A stretch of DNA of 63,960 bases, the filler included, from Lenisia limosa (lineage: Eukaryota; Protista; Breviatea): NCBI GenBank assembly GCA_001655205.1. It is 15 parts of 15 records of this genome, joined end to end, with 100 filler letters (N's around TTAATTAATTAA, not from the genome) between each part and the next. Parts side by side here need not be neighbours in the genome. Positions count along the whole stretch, not along the records: positions 21,968 to 25,416 come from LPNZ01007752.1; positions 25,517 to 39,775 come from LPNZ01011333.1; 13 more parts are not named here. The stretch is one strand, 5' to 3'. Position numbers and translations under genes: made by a program. Below the pieces are notes generated by a model. It was not told the DNA's origin, ran no database searches, and saw only the letters and a program-made list of their open reading frames with translations. Shown here in pieces: positions 22,060-35,410 of the stretch. Positions within the stretch are counted from its first letter, which is position 1. Each line of letters starts with the position of its first letter.

Positions 22060-25000
22060 CATGGGCACGTTATCGTAGGAGGAGGCCACGGGGAAGAGGC
22101 GGAGAGTGCATTGCCTCCAGACCCTGAACGGAGTAAGAGTCTGCATACTAGGAGGAGTAAAACGGGGGAATTTGTGAATAAGGTACCAAGAAAGACGGAA
22201 TTTCTCCATGGTCTGTAAAATTACAAAAAAGATGGAATTAATTTCTCGACATGTTTGGTAAAATTTCACTCAGAGACTTCGTCCACTTCAACAAAAACAA
22301 AACAAAACAAAAAAATAACTCACTTGTGCTTCTTGGCAAGATGGGCAAGAGAAAGCACCAAAAACATTAAAAACAAAACAAACAAAAAAACAGCAAACAG
22401 CAAAACAAAAACAAACCATAACCCACTTGTGCTTCTTGAGAAGATGCGGCAAGAGAAGCATCAGGCCGCCCTCCTGCACCACCCAGTAAATGTCGATTGT
22501 GCCAAATTGCAGGTCTCCGTAGCGCGGGAAATTCTCAACCTGGGGATAAAACGAAGGAAATTTCGATCAAGAATATTGGCGTAATGGGGGTAAAATAGAA
22601 CAATTTATGAAACATATTATACAATGACAGGGATAAGTCTTGACCGTTTTGCAATGTATTTCCTAAGGCAAATCGGTCAAGACTTATCCCGGTCACTGTA
22701 TATCAATATAATACCCCCATTCCCCCAGGGGGGATTCGGTGCTGATGTAGAGAATTCTACACAAAGAGTGGACTTTTGTTAAGTCTTTTGTTATTCACAA
22801 TTAAAGAGATATAAGACCATACCCCCTAACTCCTTGAACGATCAAAGCAGCCTTGTCCACGGTATTGACCTTCGAAATGGTACTGAAGAACGCTTCACCC
22901 TGTGATGTTAAGGGCAGTGCGGGTTTACAATATTTGTACATATGTATAAATATATAATTATGTGTATACTACATATAATACACTAATTATGTCATATATA
23001 CAATATGGGCATGATTTGTAATATGGGTGTTAAATTGCAATATGGGTGTGGTTGAGTGCTTCAAAATAATTGATTTGGGCTTTTTTGTTTCATAAATTTT
23101 CCAATCCCCCCCCCTCTCACAGTTTCCCCTACCTTCTAAGTCATATGATTGGGGCTTTCCTACGATCCGAAAAAGACCTTTCAAATATAGATATTTATCG
23201 AGGATTTATTGAGAAATTCGGTCATTTTTAGGACCGTAGGGAAGCCCTAGATATATTACATGTAGCACAACCCCCCACCTTTTTGATATCCTCATGCCAG
23301 TCACTTGGGAGGGCCATGACAACCGTATTGGGCTGAAGCATGCCCACTCCAGCGCTTTGTACCAGTGTGGCCACAGAGGCGTCAACGTCCCTGCATTAGT
23401 TACATTTATTTATATTAGTTACTAAGTTACCATTAGTTGTGTATTAGTTCTGTTCGTTGTATTAATTGGTGTATTAGCTGCATTAGTTGTATTTTACCAC
23501 CTCACGGTACAACAATAGTCTCGTGGAAGCCGTACATATGCGCCTCTGTCATTTCATCCACAAGCGCCTTGTCTACTACGGGTCGAACTGCACTGCGTTC
23601 ACTCAGAGAGCCCTGAGTGAGGGGTGTAAAAGGCGTGTTGAGAGTTGGTCAGGGGCTGGGTATGGGTGGTAGTATTAAGTTTTTTGCAGTAAAGTCTCTA
23701 TTGAAACTGATCATAGAGATCCAGCGGTTGGAAGGTATTATCAGTGACTGCGTAGTACGGTTGTAAGTAGGGCTTCCCTACGGTCCTAAAAAGACGATAA
23801 ATTCCGTCTTTTTTGGGACCACAGGTAAGCCCTATTGTAAGGATGTGTGGGGATGAATAAGGCACGGATTATCACCCCTGGTAGAACCGTAGCGTGATTC
23901 CTAAATAATGCCACCAACCCTCAATAATATTAAGCAACGAGAAATTAAAAATATGTTAGTATCTGGCCGAAACCGTCCACCTGTGCACACAGCTTTCTGT
24001 ATGCCTCCCCAATAGTAAGTAATCATAAACAATCAAGCTAGATCCCATCACCATAACAATAATGCCCCCCAACCTCAATCACAGCCATAGCCATACAGAG
24101 CCCCTTTGATGCCTTGAGCTGGGCGGCAAAATGGATCAAATTCGAATCGGCTAACTCGCGCCTGTTTGTCACATTGCTAAGTTGTTAAGAGGTGAAAAAG
24201 TTGCTAAGCTGTTAAGAAAGCAAGCAAAGCTATTGCCACGTAGTTAAGAAGAGAAATAAAAATAGTTGCTAAGTTGTTAAGAAAGCAAAGCAGTTTCAAA
24301 ATTTTGCTAAATCGTTTTGATTTCTTACCTCTCCCCTCCAACCACATAGCTAGTAACTGAGGCCTCCAGTTTTTGGTATGCGTGTCATGGCATTCGGCTG
24401 TTTCGAGAGCAAGCAGATTGTCTGTGAAGTTATTTGGGAATGCTGAAGTTGAATTTCAAAACAGTGTTGGATAATTTTGGGTAAACAAATATAATTAGGC
24501 GTTTTCAGTGTTAAAATTACATCTTCCCTCTGGTCCGAAAAAGATCCTGAAAATATCGATATTTATCGAGGATTTATCGACAAATTAAGTTATTTTGGGA
24601 CTAGTTAAATAGATATCACGAAGACAACACACCACCCCACAGGCCTTTTATTATTGTTTTAGAAAATTTTCCAATTTTACTCCCCCCCTCCCCCCGCACC
24701 CTTAGCCCGTTGGTAGCGGAAGCCTCTGAGGGAGTCGCCCCAATCCGCAGCCACGCCCTTCAACTCAATGTACTAGGGGGGGAGGTGTAAAGGAATTTAT
24801 GAACAAAAAAAAAGAGCCCAAATCAGCATTGTTGGCTGGGGGAGGCGGGAGTGAAACGAAGGAAATTTGATGAGGTATAAGGTCACGAACCAAATTCAAG
24901 AAAATTCCAAACAAAAAACAAGCAATAACAAACACAAGCAACCAACGCTAAAACTTGACAAAAGCCAGATGACAAAATCACAAAAACAGGTAGGGGGGGG

Positions 25001-25297
25001 GGGNNNNNNNNNNNNNNNNNNNNNNNNNNNNNNNNNNNNNNNNNNNNNNNNNNNNNNNNNNNNNNNNNNNNNNNNNNNNNNNNNNNNNNNNNNNNNNNNN
25101 NNNNNNNNNNNNNNNNNNNNNNNNNNNNNNNNNNATAAATAAATAAATAATAATATAAGAATATTCCCACCTTAAACACAGCCACAGCCACACAAATGGC
25201 AATCACTGCGGTGTACCACGAAATGATAAACATCAGCCCGATGCAGAAAATGCAGCCCAGGCCGGCTGAAGCCCAATGGAAAAGGCGCCATGTGGGC
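22060..25297 (-). CDS. SLC12A: SLC12 cation-chloride cotransporter (KCC-like), internal fragment
   Basis: Exons give PTWRLFHWASAGLG..ISWYTAV..YIELKGVAADWGDSLRG..HTKNWRPQLL..FAAQLKASKGL..QSAGVGMLQPNTVVM..GTIDIYWVVQEGGLMLLLPHLLKKHKVWRQCTLRLF. Confidence 0.95.
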
Positions 25298-25760
25298 CTG
25301 GAAAATAAAAACCAATAATCAATATATACTACTAGAGAAATTTAACCCAACCATTTGCCTTACAATTCTGTGCCTCACCCCCTAAGGAGCGCGGAAGTAT
25401 GGTAATTTGTTTATGGNNNNNNNNNNNNNNNNNNNNNNNNNNNNNNNNNNNNNNNNNNNNTTAATTAATTAANNNNNNNNNNNNNNNNNNNNNNNNNNNN
25501 NNNNNNNNNNNNNNNNAGTATAATGTTAATTGAACAGCTGAGTTCTTTGGAATAAAAAGAGAGGGTGTCAGTCATTTTAAAACCTTTGTAAGTTCAGTTT
25601 CATTTGTATTCGGGTATATGCATACATAATCTTGATCCACCCTCTCATCCTCAAGCCACTTATTTAATCATAGTATCTATTTCATAGCTTTGAAGTCGTT
25701 GAGAGGAGATTTGTTATCCTCTGCTACTAATAATTCACGTGTTTTAATTGACAACTGCAG

Positions 25761-28587
25761 GTCTCGTTGGAACGTGCTATGGCTTGACCCAGATTGTCGG
25801 CGACCCTGTCATGGGTTACGTGAGGTTTGCATTNNNNNNNNNNNNNNNNNNNNNNNNNNNNNNNNNNNNNNNNNNNNNNNNNNNNNNNNNNNNNNNNNNN
25901 NNNNNNNNNNNNNNNNNNNNNNNNNNNNNNNNNNNNNNNNNNNNNNNNNNNNNNNNNNNNNNNNNNGTTAGTGCCTTTAACAATATCTCATGCTTTTGCC
26001 ACTGCATACATCGTCGATCGTCTTTTCACCACAGTTGATATTGTTTTTATTGTCAATCACCTCCCCAACCCTGTTGTTTCTACATTACAGTCTCTCCTCC
26101 TTCTTGTTTATGTCTTGATCACTTACACCCAGTTTTTTTATGAACAAAAGTACATTTAACAAAAACTAGGAACAATAGAAGAGCAATACCTGGGATATCA
26201 TAAACCAAATCACCAGATACTTCTACGCGCACGCTTTTCTGACCTCCCCCCCCCCCCCNNNNNNNNNNNNNNNNNNNNNNNNNNNNNNNNNNNNNNNNNN
26301 NNNNNNNNNNNNNNNNNNNNNNNNNNNNNNNNNNNNNNNNNNNNTACTTCCTTGTCGGCATCGCCGGATCACTGGCACTTCTTCTGATCTCGAGGCTGAT
26401 GGGTGGGACTGAAGGCTGCTGACCAAAAGAGAACATATTGTATTTTTTTCTTTTCAAAACAAGTTTTTTTCTGGATACCGCAGATGGTATCTTTTCTTAC
26501 CTCTCTTATTGTTTTCAGTTGGGCTTGTGAAACAAACAACAACAGTGGCATCGGCGTTGATTTCAGACCTTACCACGTCCAGCAGCAGAGGTATTCAGGT
26601 TGTGCTAATACTTTAGTGAATATCTGGCTACAGTCATGATTTGGCCTTTTGGTTTTGATCCACCTCTCACATTTCAGCTGTTGCCCTTGGTCGGCTTGGG
26701 ACAATGATTGGAGGAGGGTTTATTGTTGGACCCACGCTTGGAGGCTTCATTTCCCAGGAGTAGGGGGGGGGGTACTCTATCAAAGCTTATTCTGCCAAGT
26801 TATTAAAATATCGACACGCTCACAGATTAACGTTTCACAAATGTCTTCGGTCAAATAAATATTTAGCTTTATGTTCCTTACTATTTTAGGTATGGCATCA
26901 GGGCTCCTGCCTTTCTTGCAGTTCTAATCTTCCTTCTGGACTTTCTCCTTGTTTGGTCGTGTATCCATACACCCCCAGTGGTTGTTTCTGAGGAGGTTTG
27001 TGTTGGTATATAGATATGTATATCATATGTAATACTACACTAATCACATTTTTACCAACACGTCTTGAGAGGCGATTTTGAGATATGAGTTTGGCTTTTA
27101 ATTAACCATTCTTAGGTGAAAAAGGAGCGCCAAAGTGACATAGGTTAGATATTGGTGTTTTTGTGAATTGCATAAATGTCGTTAAAAGTATACTCTCATT
27201 CTGTTATAAGTACCAGCCCATAAAAGGATAAGACCAGAGTAGACCTTATAAAAGCCCTACTAATGACGATTCAGATGAATGCTCGTGTCACTCTATCGGG
27301 TTCCTAAAGGCGCTGTGTGTCATTAAGAAGGGCCTGGCACGTATGGCTGGACGGCCCATTGTCGTCGTGGTCTTGGTGTTTCGACTATTCCAAGCAATGG
27401 ACGTTTGGACTGCCATTCTTTTCACTGTGATTTACGTTTTAGGAAGTGCTTGTTGGATCATCCTATCTTCTGTTCCTTCAATATCAGTAGGGATAGGGCT
27501 CATCTAAAAATGGGGGTTTTTATATTTGTTTTAATATCAAGTGACAAAAGCGACATTTGAAAACAAGAGGCATAGGAAAAGGTTTATAGTTTTAGGTATA
27601 ACGTCACCCCCAAGGAAACAGGACTGATTACTTCGTTCCAAGCACTCATTGCTGTTTTTGCCAAGGCTTTTCTCATTGGTATCGCGAGAAAGTATGTTGG
27701 AACTGCTTTTTGGTCAATGATCTATTACATTACGTGTTCTTTCAATTTGACTATTTGTGTATGTGTGCAAAGGTCAATAATTGAATGAATGGGGTTTTTT
27801 TGCCACTAAATGAGATAAAACATTTGCAAACACAATCCTTTGCCTCCTGACACTGTAGACACTATCCGGAGCACGCTCTTGTCAAAATAATGTCAGGACT
27901 TGTAAGATATTTGAATTTAGTGATCTTTTAGCTTTCTGTGTCATACCTAATTCTGGCCCTTTCCAACTCGCTCAATGCCTACCTTGCCATGTGTGTGTTT
28001 ACCCTGTCTTTCGCTTCAATACTGGATGTTGCTATCACCTCATCTTTTACCCAGCTGTTTAAGAAAGAAGAAATTGGTAGGATTTGATGGGATTGTAGAG
28101 ATTGTATAGTATATAAGTGCATGCTATTCAGTAAAATGTGGATATTGTAGAACATCATTTTCAACTTGTATACGATAGATTTCTTTTTTTTTTTTCACAT
28201 GATTTTTGCGACTGAGTTGTATATTTTTTTTACCCAACTTAACCTCTAGGTGCTGCCCTGGGTCTTTATGGATGGATTGCAAGCTTGTGTCGCGTTGTCA
28301 TGCCAAGTATTGCTGGGTACCTCATTGAGTACAAGCCCTCAGCGCCTTATTTCCTTGTAAGTGGTTATTCAGAATGATTATTGCAACACTGTCTCTGGAA
28401 AAATCATTATTCTGCTGTAATTGAGACAATACTTGACGATTGCGTTGGTGAAATCAGTCATTTGAAGTGCTTTCCCGCTATCTTTTCCATAATAACAAAT
28501 GTAGTCTGCATTGTTGCAGCTCTGCCTGTTCTTTTTCACCGTGTCGCTGCGGTTTTTTCCAGGTGTCCTCCCTCGATCCGGTTCTTT
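25761..28587 (+). CDS. Major facilitator superfamily transporter (TetA/SLC22A18/MFSD9-like), partial
   Basis: Exons give GLVGTCYGLTQIVGDPVMGY..LLLISRLMVGLVKQTTTVASALISDLT..ALGRLGTMIGGGFIVGPTLGGFI..GAALGLYGWIASLCRVVMPSIAGYL. Confidence 0.9.
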
Positions 28588-29229
28588 GTGGGGGGGGGGG
28601 GGGNNNNNNNNNNNNNNNNNNNNNNNNNNNNNNNNNNNNNNNNNNNNNNNNNNNNNNNNNNNNNNNNNNNNNNNNNNNNNNNNNNNNNNCCCCCTCGTCG
28701 TTTTTTTATAATTTCTCTTGATCGCAACCAATGGGAACAACCTCCATTTGTATTCGTTTTGATTTCCCCAGTGAAGTCGAGGCCAAGAGGTTATGATGGA
28801 CTGCACGATGATGATGACGTTTTACAAGGTCTGGTTCAACGAAAACGGTTTTTTTAAAATGTTTTTTTTTTTTCAAAAACTATTAATTATTTAGATGTAA
28901 CCCCGATCAAATCTAATTCCGGGGTAGATCTCAATCAAATTGACTCGGTTAGAGGGGTATAGAAAGGGGGATAGACATATTAAGACAAAGTGGTCTGACG
29001 TGTATTAATCNNNNNNNNNNNNNNNNNNNNNNNNNNNNNNNNNNNNNNNNNNNNNNNNNNNNNNNNNNNNNNNNNNNNNNNNNNNNNNNNNNNNNNNNNN
29101 NNNNNNNNNNNNNNNNNNNNNNNNNNNNNNNNNNNNNNNNNTGCTCAAAAACTCATTATCCAGACCCGTCATTTTGATGAGTGTATTTAATTTGGATTCG
29201 AAATAATGTATTTAAGAACAAAACGATTA

Positions 29230-31660
29230 CACAGCGGAGGGTTGAACAAGTAGCATTGTCACAAGAACACTGCCAGTTACCCTCGATGATATTGGCTGAA
29301 ATATCAGAGTAGAAAAGAATAAATGATGATTCAAAGTAGTACCTGAACAGCGAAAAAGACCTGAGTAGGACATAACTAAGTGAAACTATAATTAAATATG
29401 CCCCAGCAATTTTCATACTTGGACAGAAGAGCCTCTTGCCAGGGGTAACGCAAGGGTGAACGCTAAATGGTAAAATTTGGGAACAGCTCACATAAACTAC
29501 AAGACCCCCCGTCCTATTCTATGACCACCAAATGAAATTAATACATACCCACTTCTCTCAGACGACCAGGTGGTGTCGGACTGGGAGTGGGCAACATGGT
29601 GATCGGTTGGGCTGCCATCGCTATCGGTCACACGAAGGCCGAATGTCACTCTTGTTCGTTACAACATGGGAGTAAATAAGCTTTATCAGTTTTGTTTCTG
29701 TTCAAAATCGAATTAAAGTCTGACCCCTCCTCACGAGGAGGTCGTCGTCGAGATCCGATAGGTAATGAGGTAAAGTCCTAAAAAATATGATGCTTAATCG
29801 CTAAAAACGTGTACAGAGCTATGCAAAATACATACAACAGGGACAATGTGCCCCTCTTACCCGATGTTTGTACCCCGAGGCTCAAGGAATGGTGATTAGT
29901 TAAGGCAGGTTTCGGAACGGTGAGCCTAGTAAATAAGTGGGAAATGAGTGCTGATTATCTCTAAACGGTTGGACTGAAGGAGGCGCAAAGCGGGGTGGGT
30001 GCTTACAGGAAAGCAGGGTTTGAGCCAGTGGGAGGACAGGTGGCACCGCCACAACTATCAATAGCGAACGACATGGCTCCAAAGTCATCTAAGTGTGAGT
30101 GGCTTCCAGAAACCTTAGGTAAAAGGTACGATATCCTATGAAATGATACATAATAAGCCTTCTACTCATGTTAAAGGTATTGGTTTACCCCCCCCCCCCT
30201 CCATTTATTTTGCGACTTGTACGGCTCTGAAAACCCATGAATAGATAGGAAGAGATAATCTAATTGAAACACTACACTAAATGTACAAGTGATATTATAC
30301 AATGAATATAAATAAGAAGTAAAAAGAAGAACAATATACTTCGTTTGGAGATAAGTTCTCTAAACCAAAGTTAACTAATGTACCAAAATTATGAAATGAA
30401 GAAGGTGCCAGCAAACTGTGAAGATAGTCGCAGCGAAGCAGCGCAATGTCCAATCTCACGGGTGCCGCAAGAACGGGATCAGTGTGTGTTGCAAAGGAAA
30501 GCTCATCATTTTTAGAGACTGGAAGGAAAAGGCCAGTATCTGAGAGGTCAATACGTGGAGTTACTTAGTGACAAAAAAGATATGTACTATATTTTGATTG
30601 AGGATTTATTAAGATAATAATTTTTATGAGGACCAAGATCTTACATTGAGACTCGGTGAGAGTTGGATTGATATCCAATTCTTCGCTGACCTAAATGGGT
30701 TAACACTACCTCACTGAATATAACAACAAACCGAGCCGCCGTTCTTAATAAGACGGAAGTAGGAGCGACCCGGTGCGAACGACGTCCCCAAAAACACCAT
30801 TGCGAGTCCGTCACAAGGCATTGTCTGCACGCCTGAAGTGGCAGTGGGGTTGACAGCGCTTTGGCCGACACTATTCGGTAAACGTGTGCTTGGTGGATAT
30901 GGTATTTTCTTCGTGCACTTCAGGCAATATTGGAGGGACGCATTTCATCACTTATTAAGGTCACTAGAGATGATAATAATAATAGGTTCTATCTAGCCGA
31001 AGCTGTCAGCACCATCACGTTAATACGAGATATTGGATGATAGTAAAATACAAATTCCAATCGTTAACCATACAACTCTCTGGACACAGCTTTCTGGGTG
31101 CCTCCCCCGTATGGTGATATTATAATATAGTACATACTATATGATAATATACTATATCATATGGTCTACCCACTTGTTATTAGAGAAGCCATTGACGTTG
31201 ATCCAGGGACTGCCGAAGTCTGAAGGAACGCCGGAAGGCGTGGTTTCGGCAGACATTACGGCCTCTGAGAGTCACTGGTTGGCGTTCATAGTGTTTTAAC
31301 ACGCATTCACCCCCTCTTCCAACCTTCTCCGATACGATAATTCATGTGTTCTCTCAAATGAACAACGTTGACAGAAATCTGAAGGGTTCAGTCAAAACGA
31401 AAGAGAAAGGAATCCGTCTTCAAAGAAAAGGACCCAAAATGTTAAAGTTCCTCACTTTTGAAGCAACAATTTTAGAACCATCAGCAGGAAGAGTGTCGAA
31501 GCGGAGGGTGCGGTAAGCTTCACTGGTGCCCCGATTGTTCCAGAAAACGTTATAGCCCGAGATGGTGATGTCGCTTCCGTTAGTAATTCTCCCACCCTCG
31601 GCAATGGGGGTATCGGGACGCACGCCGCATACTTTGAAGTAGACAGCTGATGGCAGGTCC
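29230..31660 (-). CDS. Hypothetical, probably extracellular, Cys/Gly/Thr-rich protein (spliced, partial)
   Basis: GT-AG-bounded segments with C-ending codons: GRITNGSDITISGYNVFWNN.., DFGAMSFAIDSCGGATCPPTGSNPAF, VTFGLRVTDSDG, NIIEGNWQCSCDNATC. Family not recognised. Confidence 0.45.
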
Positions 31661-32729
31661 CTAGCAAATTAACAATTAAATTAGCCAATAGGTAACGAAG
31701 AGTGTGCTGATTTGTTAAGACCGAATTAATAGGTTAAGTTGATTCCTAGAGGAAAGGAATTTCTAAAACCCAATATCGTTACAAACAATAGAAGATGTAA
31801 TTTTGTTCTGTACCTCCTTTAGCTTACCCATCAGCAACTTCGTAGGAGACAGTGACAACGTACATGCCCTCTTGTTTGATAATAATGTTCTCATTTGTCA
31901 CCTCCACATTGTGCTGGATGTGAACACCATTTCTGCAAGGTTATTGCTTTGCAAATCAAACAAAGTTGTGCTCCAAATATGTGTTTGTCAAATACAGCAA
32001 TCCTAGTTCAGGCGCTGTGAAAAATACCGGTAATGTAATATCCCTATATTTAATTATTGGTGCAAACGGGCTCCGAAATTACATTAAATAAATGCGAAAC
32101 AAAAATGCAGGACAGCTCATACCCATTTTGCTGCCACCCCGAGTAGGCAAGACGTCCACTTTCAACAGCGGTGGTGGTCGAAGACTCGCCAACAAAAATA
32201 GAGTGTTCTGGGGGTAAACATTCAAAATGGTCAAACTTGTTTTTTTGTCATTGGGGTTGAGCCAAAAAGAGCCGTCAGAGACTACGAGTCCGTACTCCTC
32301 TGAGTTTCTGAGGGGATGAGGGTATAGTAGAATAACCCAAATATTTTGAAATAATGAAGAATAAAACAAGCAATACTTTAAAAAAGCTCAAAAGCAGTGA
32401 AGAGTGCAGACCCCCTTTTATTTTCCAATATTTGATTCATGAATTTGGGAACATTATTTCCATGTAAAAAAGCTGTCTTACATAGAAACTCTTTTCTTTA
32501 TACTGTCTTTTATTTGTTACTTTTTACTTGATGTTGCAGTGTTAGCTGTTAAATGCATTGAAAGTAAACCTATTTATTTGTTGAAAGTTTGCGTATGTGT
32601 TTTATTTTGATGACAACAGGTGCTTAAACTACAGGGGTATACCTGCAAAGAAGTGCATGATTATGTAGTTTTCTCTTCAGTTTCCCCAAAATCTCGTTCA
32701 GTAATTAATATTTCATAACTCCTTTAGAA

Positions 32730-33394
32730 TCTACAGCATCTACAAGGAAAATGAGGTCCTCAGTGAACCTGCTGAATCGATTGTTATCATGGACGCCACA
32801 ATGAATGATTGCTTCAAGACCATCGGTGACATCATGTCAAAATCGGAGAAGGCTCGAAAGCCCGAACAATACCGAGTTGGTGTTCGAGGACGTAGTCACT
32901 AAAGAATTCAAGAAGCAAACTGCAATCAAAATGGATCAAAGAATTGAAAACTTGGATAATGAAGAACGCCTTTATCTTGAAGGTGCATCTGCTGGATTAG
33001 CAGTTTCCCTGTTGAGGAACCAAAATCAACTGGAAAAACTTCCACTCTTTGCGAGGACACTTAGCGAAAATCATTGTGGAGATTGAAGATTCAATTAAGT
33101 ATGTTTACTCTGTTGGTCCAGCTTGTGACTTGGTATTAAAACCTGTACACTTCTTTGTGCTCGACCGTGGTGAGCAAGTGGCAGTGATCCGTCCAAGACA
33201 GGTCGGTTGTAGTAACTGGCTAGAGATGACGTAATCTTTAGGTTATTGCAAGTAAAAGCGAGCTAAAGATGTATCGGAAGCAGGCGGAACAAAATCAGGG
33301 TGGAGTGTTACGTCCCAATTCGCATGTGATAGCGAAGATGAAGAAAGGCCAAAAAGAAGTAACCGTGTCTTCAATATATAATTTTGGACTCTAA
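32730..33394 (+). CDS. Hypothetical protein, tandem paralog copy 1
   Basis: KMDQRIENLDNEERLYLEG|HLAKIIVEIE..FFVLDRGEQVAVIRPRQ|VIASKSELK..NQGGVLRPNSHVIAKMKK..*. Confidence 0.5.
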
Positions 33395-33799
33395 TGGGCG
33401 ATTGTTTTACTCAATTCTTCAAGTATTAAAATAGAGTTTTCCAATATTCTTTACAAAAGGTGATTTTTTACAGGCTGAAACACGTTTTTTGAAAATGAGA
33501 TTGCAAAACATAAAATATTCAAAACCGTCAGTTTTGGTCCGGGAGCATTTGCATCTTGTGGATTTCGCATTACTTTTTTGTACGACGGCGAAGGCAAGTC
33601 CGTTATTCTGGACTTAAACAGTCTGCGTTAGAAGGCCCCAGCCATTTTGCATTATTATTTCCCCCGTACTTCTGTTGCTTTTCCTCAGAATATTTTATGA
33701 AGAAAGCAGTGGGAGTTTTTGGAAGATTCACAATATATGGTATGATGAAGTATCTTTTTGAATTGTCACACAGGTTCTGTTTAGGTTCGGTCCTTGTCA

Positions 33800-34508
33800 C
33801 GGACAACTGCGACCCGCAGGAAAACGGCACCAATTTCCTGATCGCTGACACCACTTACCCTTATTTACGAGCACTCTTCAATACTACAAACTTGAATGCA
33901 CCTGCAGAAGCGCCAAATCTCTATTTGGCGGTGCCAGGCCTTCCAAAATTCATGGAAAAGCCCTCTCTTCTGATACTATTGAGTTTAGGAAATCAATCCA
34001 GTTACTAAAATCAGGAGAAGACTTCAAGCAAGAGCTGCAGTCAAAATGGATTCAAGGATTGAACATCTGAATGGAGAGGAACGATCTTATCTTGAAGGTN
34101 NNNNNNNNNNNNNNNNNNNNNNNNNNNNNNNNNNNNNNNNNNNNNNNNNNNNNNNNNNNNNNNNNNNNNNNNNNNNNNNNNNNNNNNNNNNNNNNNNNNN
34201 NNNNNNNNNNNNNNNNNNNNNNNNNNNNNNNNNNNNNNNNNNNNNNNNNNNNNNNNNNNNNNNNNNNNNNNNNNNNNNNNTGTACGTTTCTTTGTACTTG
34301 AGCGTGGTAGCTGTGATTCGACCAGGACAGGTTGGTTGATGTATATGAAAAATCATATGTTCAGGTAATTGCCAGTGAAAGTGAGATCAAGGTGGATCGG
34401 GCAAGGAACAAATGTCAAAATCAAGGTGGAGTCTTGCGCCCAGATTCACATGTAATTGCCAAGATGAAGAAGAAACAAATGGCAAAGACAAAGAAAAAGA
34501 AAGAGTAA
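33800..34508 (+). CDS. Hypothetical protein, tandem paralog copy 2
   Basis: KMDSRIEHLNGEERSYLEG|(N gap)..VAVIRPGQ|VIASESEIK..NQGGVLRPDSHVIAKMKK..*. The intron positions match copy 1. Confidence 0.5.
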
Positions 34509-35410
34509 TTTTTTTTTCACAAATAGAGCATTGTATTATCCTTTCTTGTGATTTTGAAAAATAGCTATTTTGGTCAGCAACTCTAAAAATTAATACGAAT
34601 TTGGGAAACGAGAAGATATGTTTTAATGAATGGACAGAAAAAAAAAAAAGAAAAAAAAAAGGTCCCATCCGCTTACAAGACAGTCCCAATAGTTACACTG
34701 TTAGCAGAGGGCAAAACTGTCGTGACAGGTAGTGCGAGCAAGCCAGAAATGCTCAGGCCAGCAGCATCAACTTTCTAACGAGTCAAAAGATGAACAGCAA
34801 TGTATATACGTCGATATAGAAGGAGTTCTGAGGAGAAACAAAAGAACCACGTTCCGACCCTCCAACCCCATTGACACTGATATCTCCATCAAATTCCACT
34901 GCATTGTCGGGTGATATTATCAGACCGGATGTAACACTAGAGTGTGAGGGCTTCACCATCAATTCCTTTACCTCAACAAGAGTGCAATGAAGATCGTTGT
35001 CATTAAAAATACGCGGGACAACTGTCCTGCTTCATCTACTCGCATTATTTTCTTATTTTCTTTCCTTTCTTCCTTATTCTGTTGTTTGAGAGAAGAGGTG
35101 GAGAAAAGGGTGCAGAGTGCAGAGCAGGAAATTATGTCGAGGGGATATAAAACACTAGTACACTCTTGTTTGGTTGGCAAAAAAGGCTTGAAAAGGCACC
35201 AGTTTGATTTTCTATAAGCAGAGGTATTTATTTAACCAGTATTTAACACATTAAAGGAGTATATTTGGCGAGAGTTTGTATTTCTTGCTGATCACTTTCG
35301 GGGCCAACGGCTTTCCTTTCGCTCTCCCCAGGCTCACAGCTGTTCAAAGGAAAGTAGAACCGTTCCCATCGACAAAAGAGGCACATATCCCCCCACCCTC
35401 TTAGTCGACC

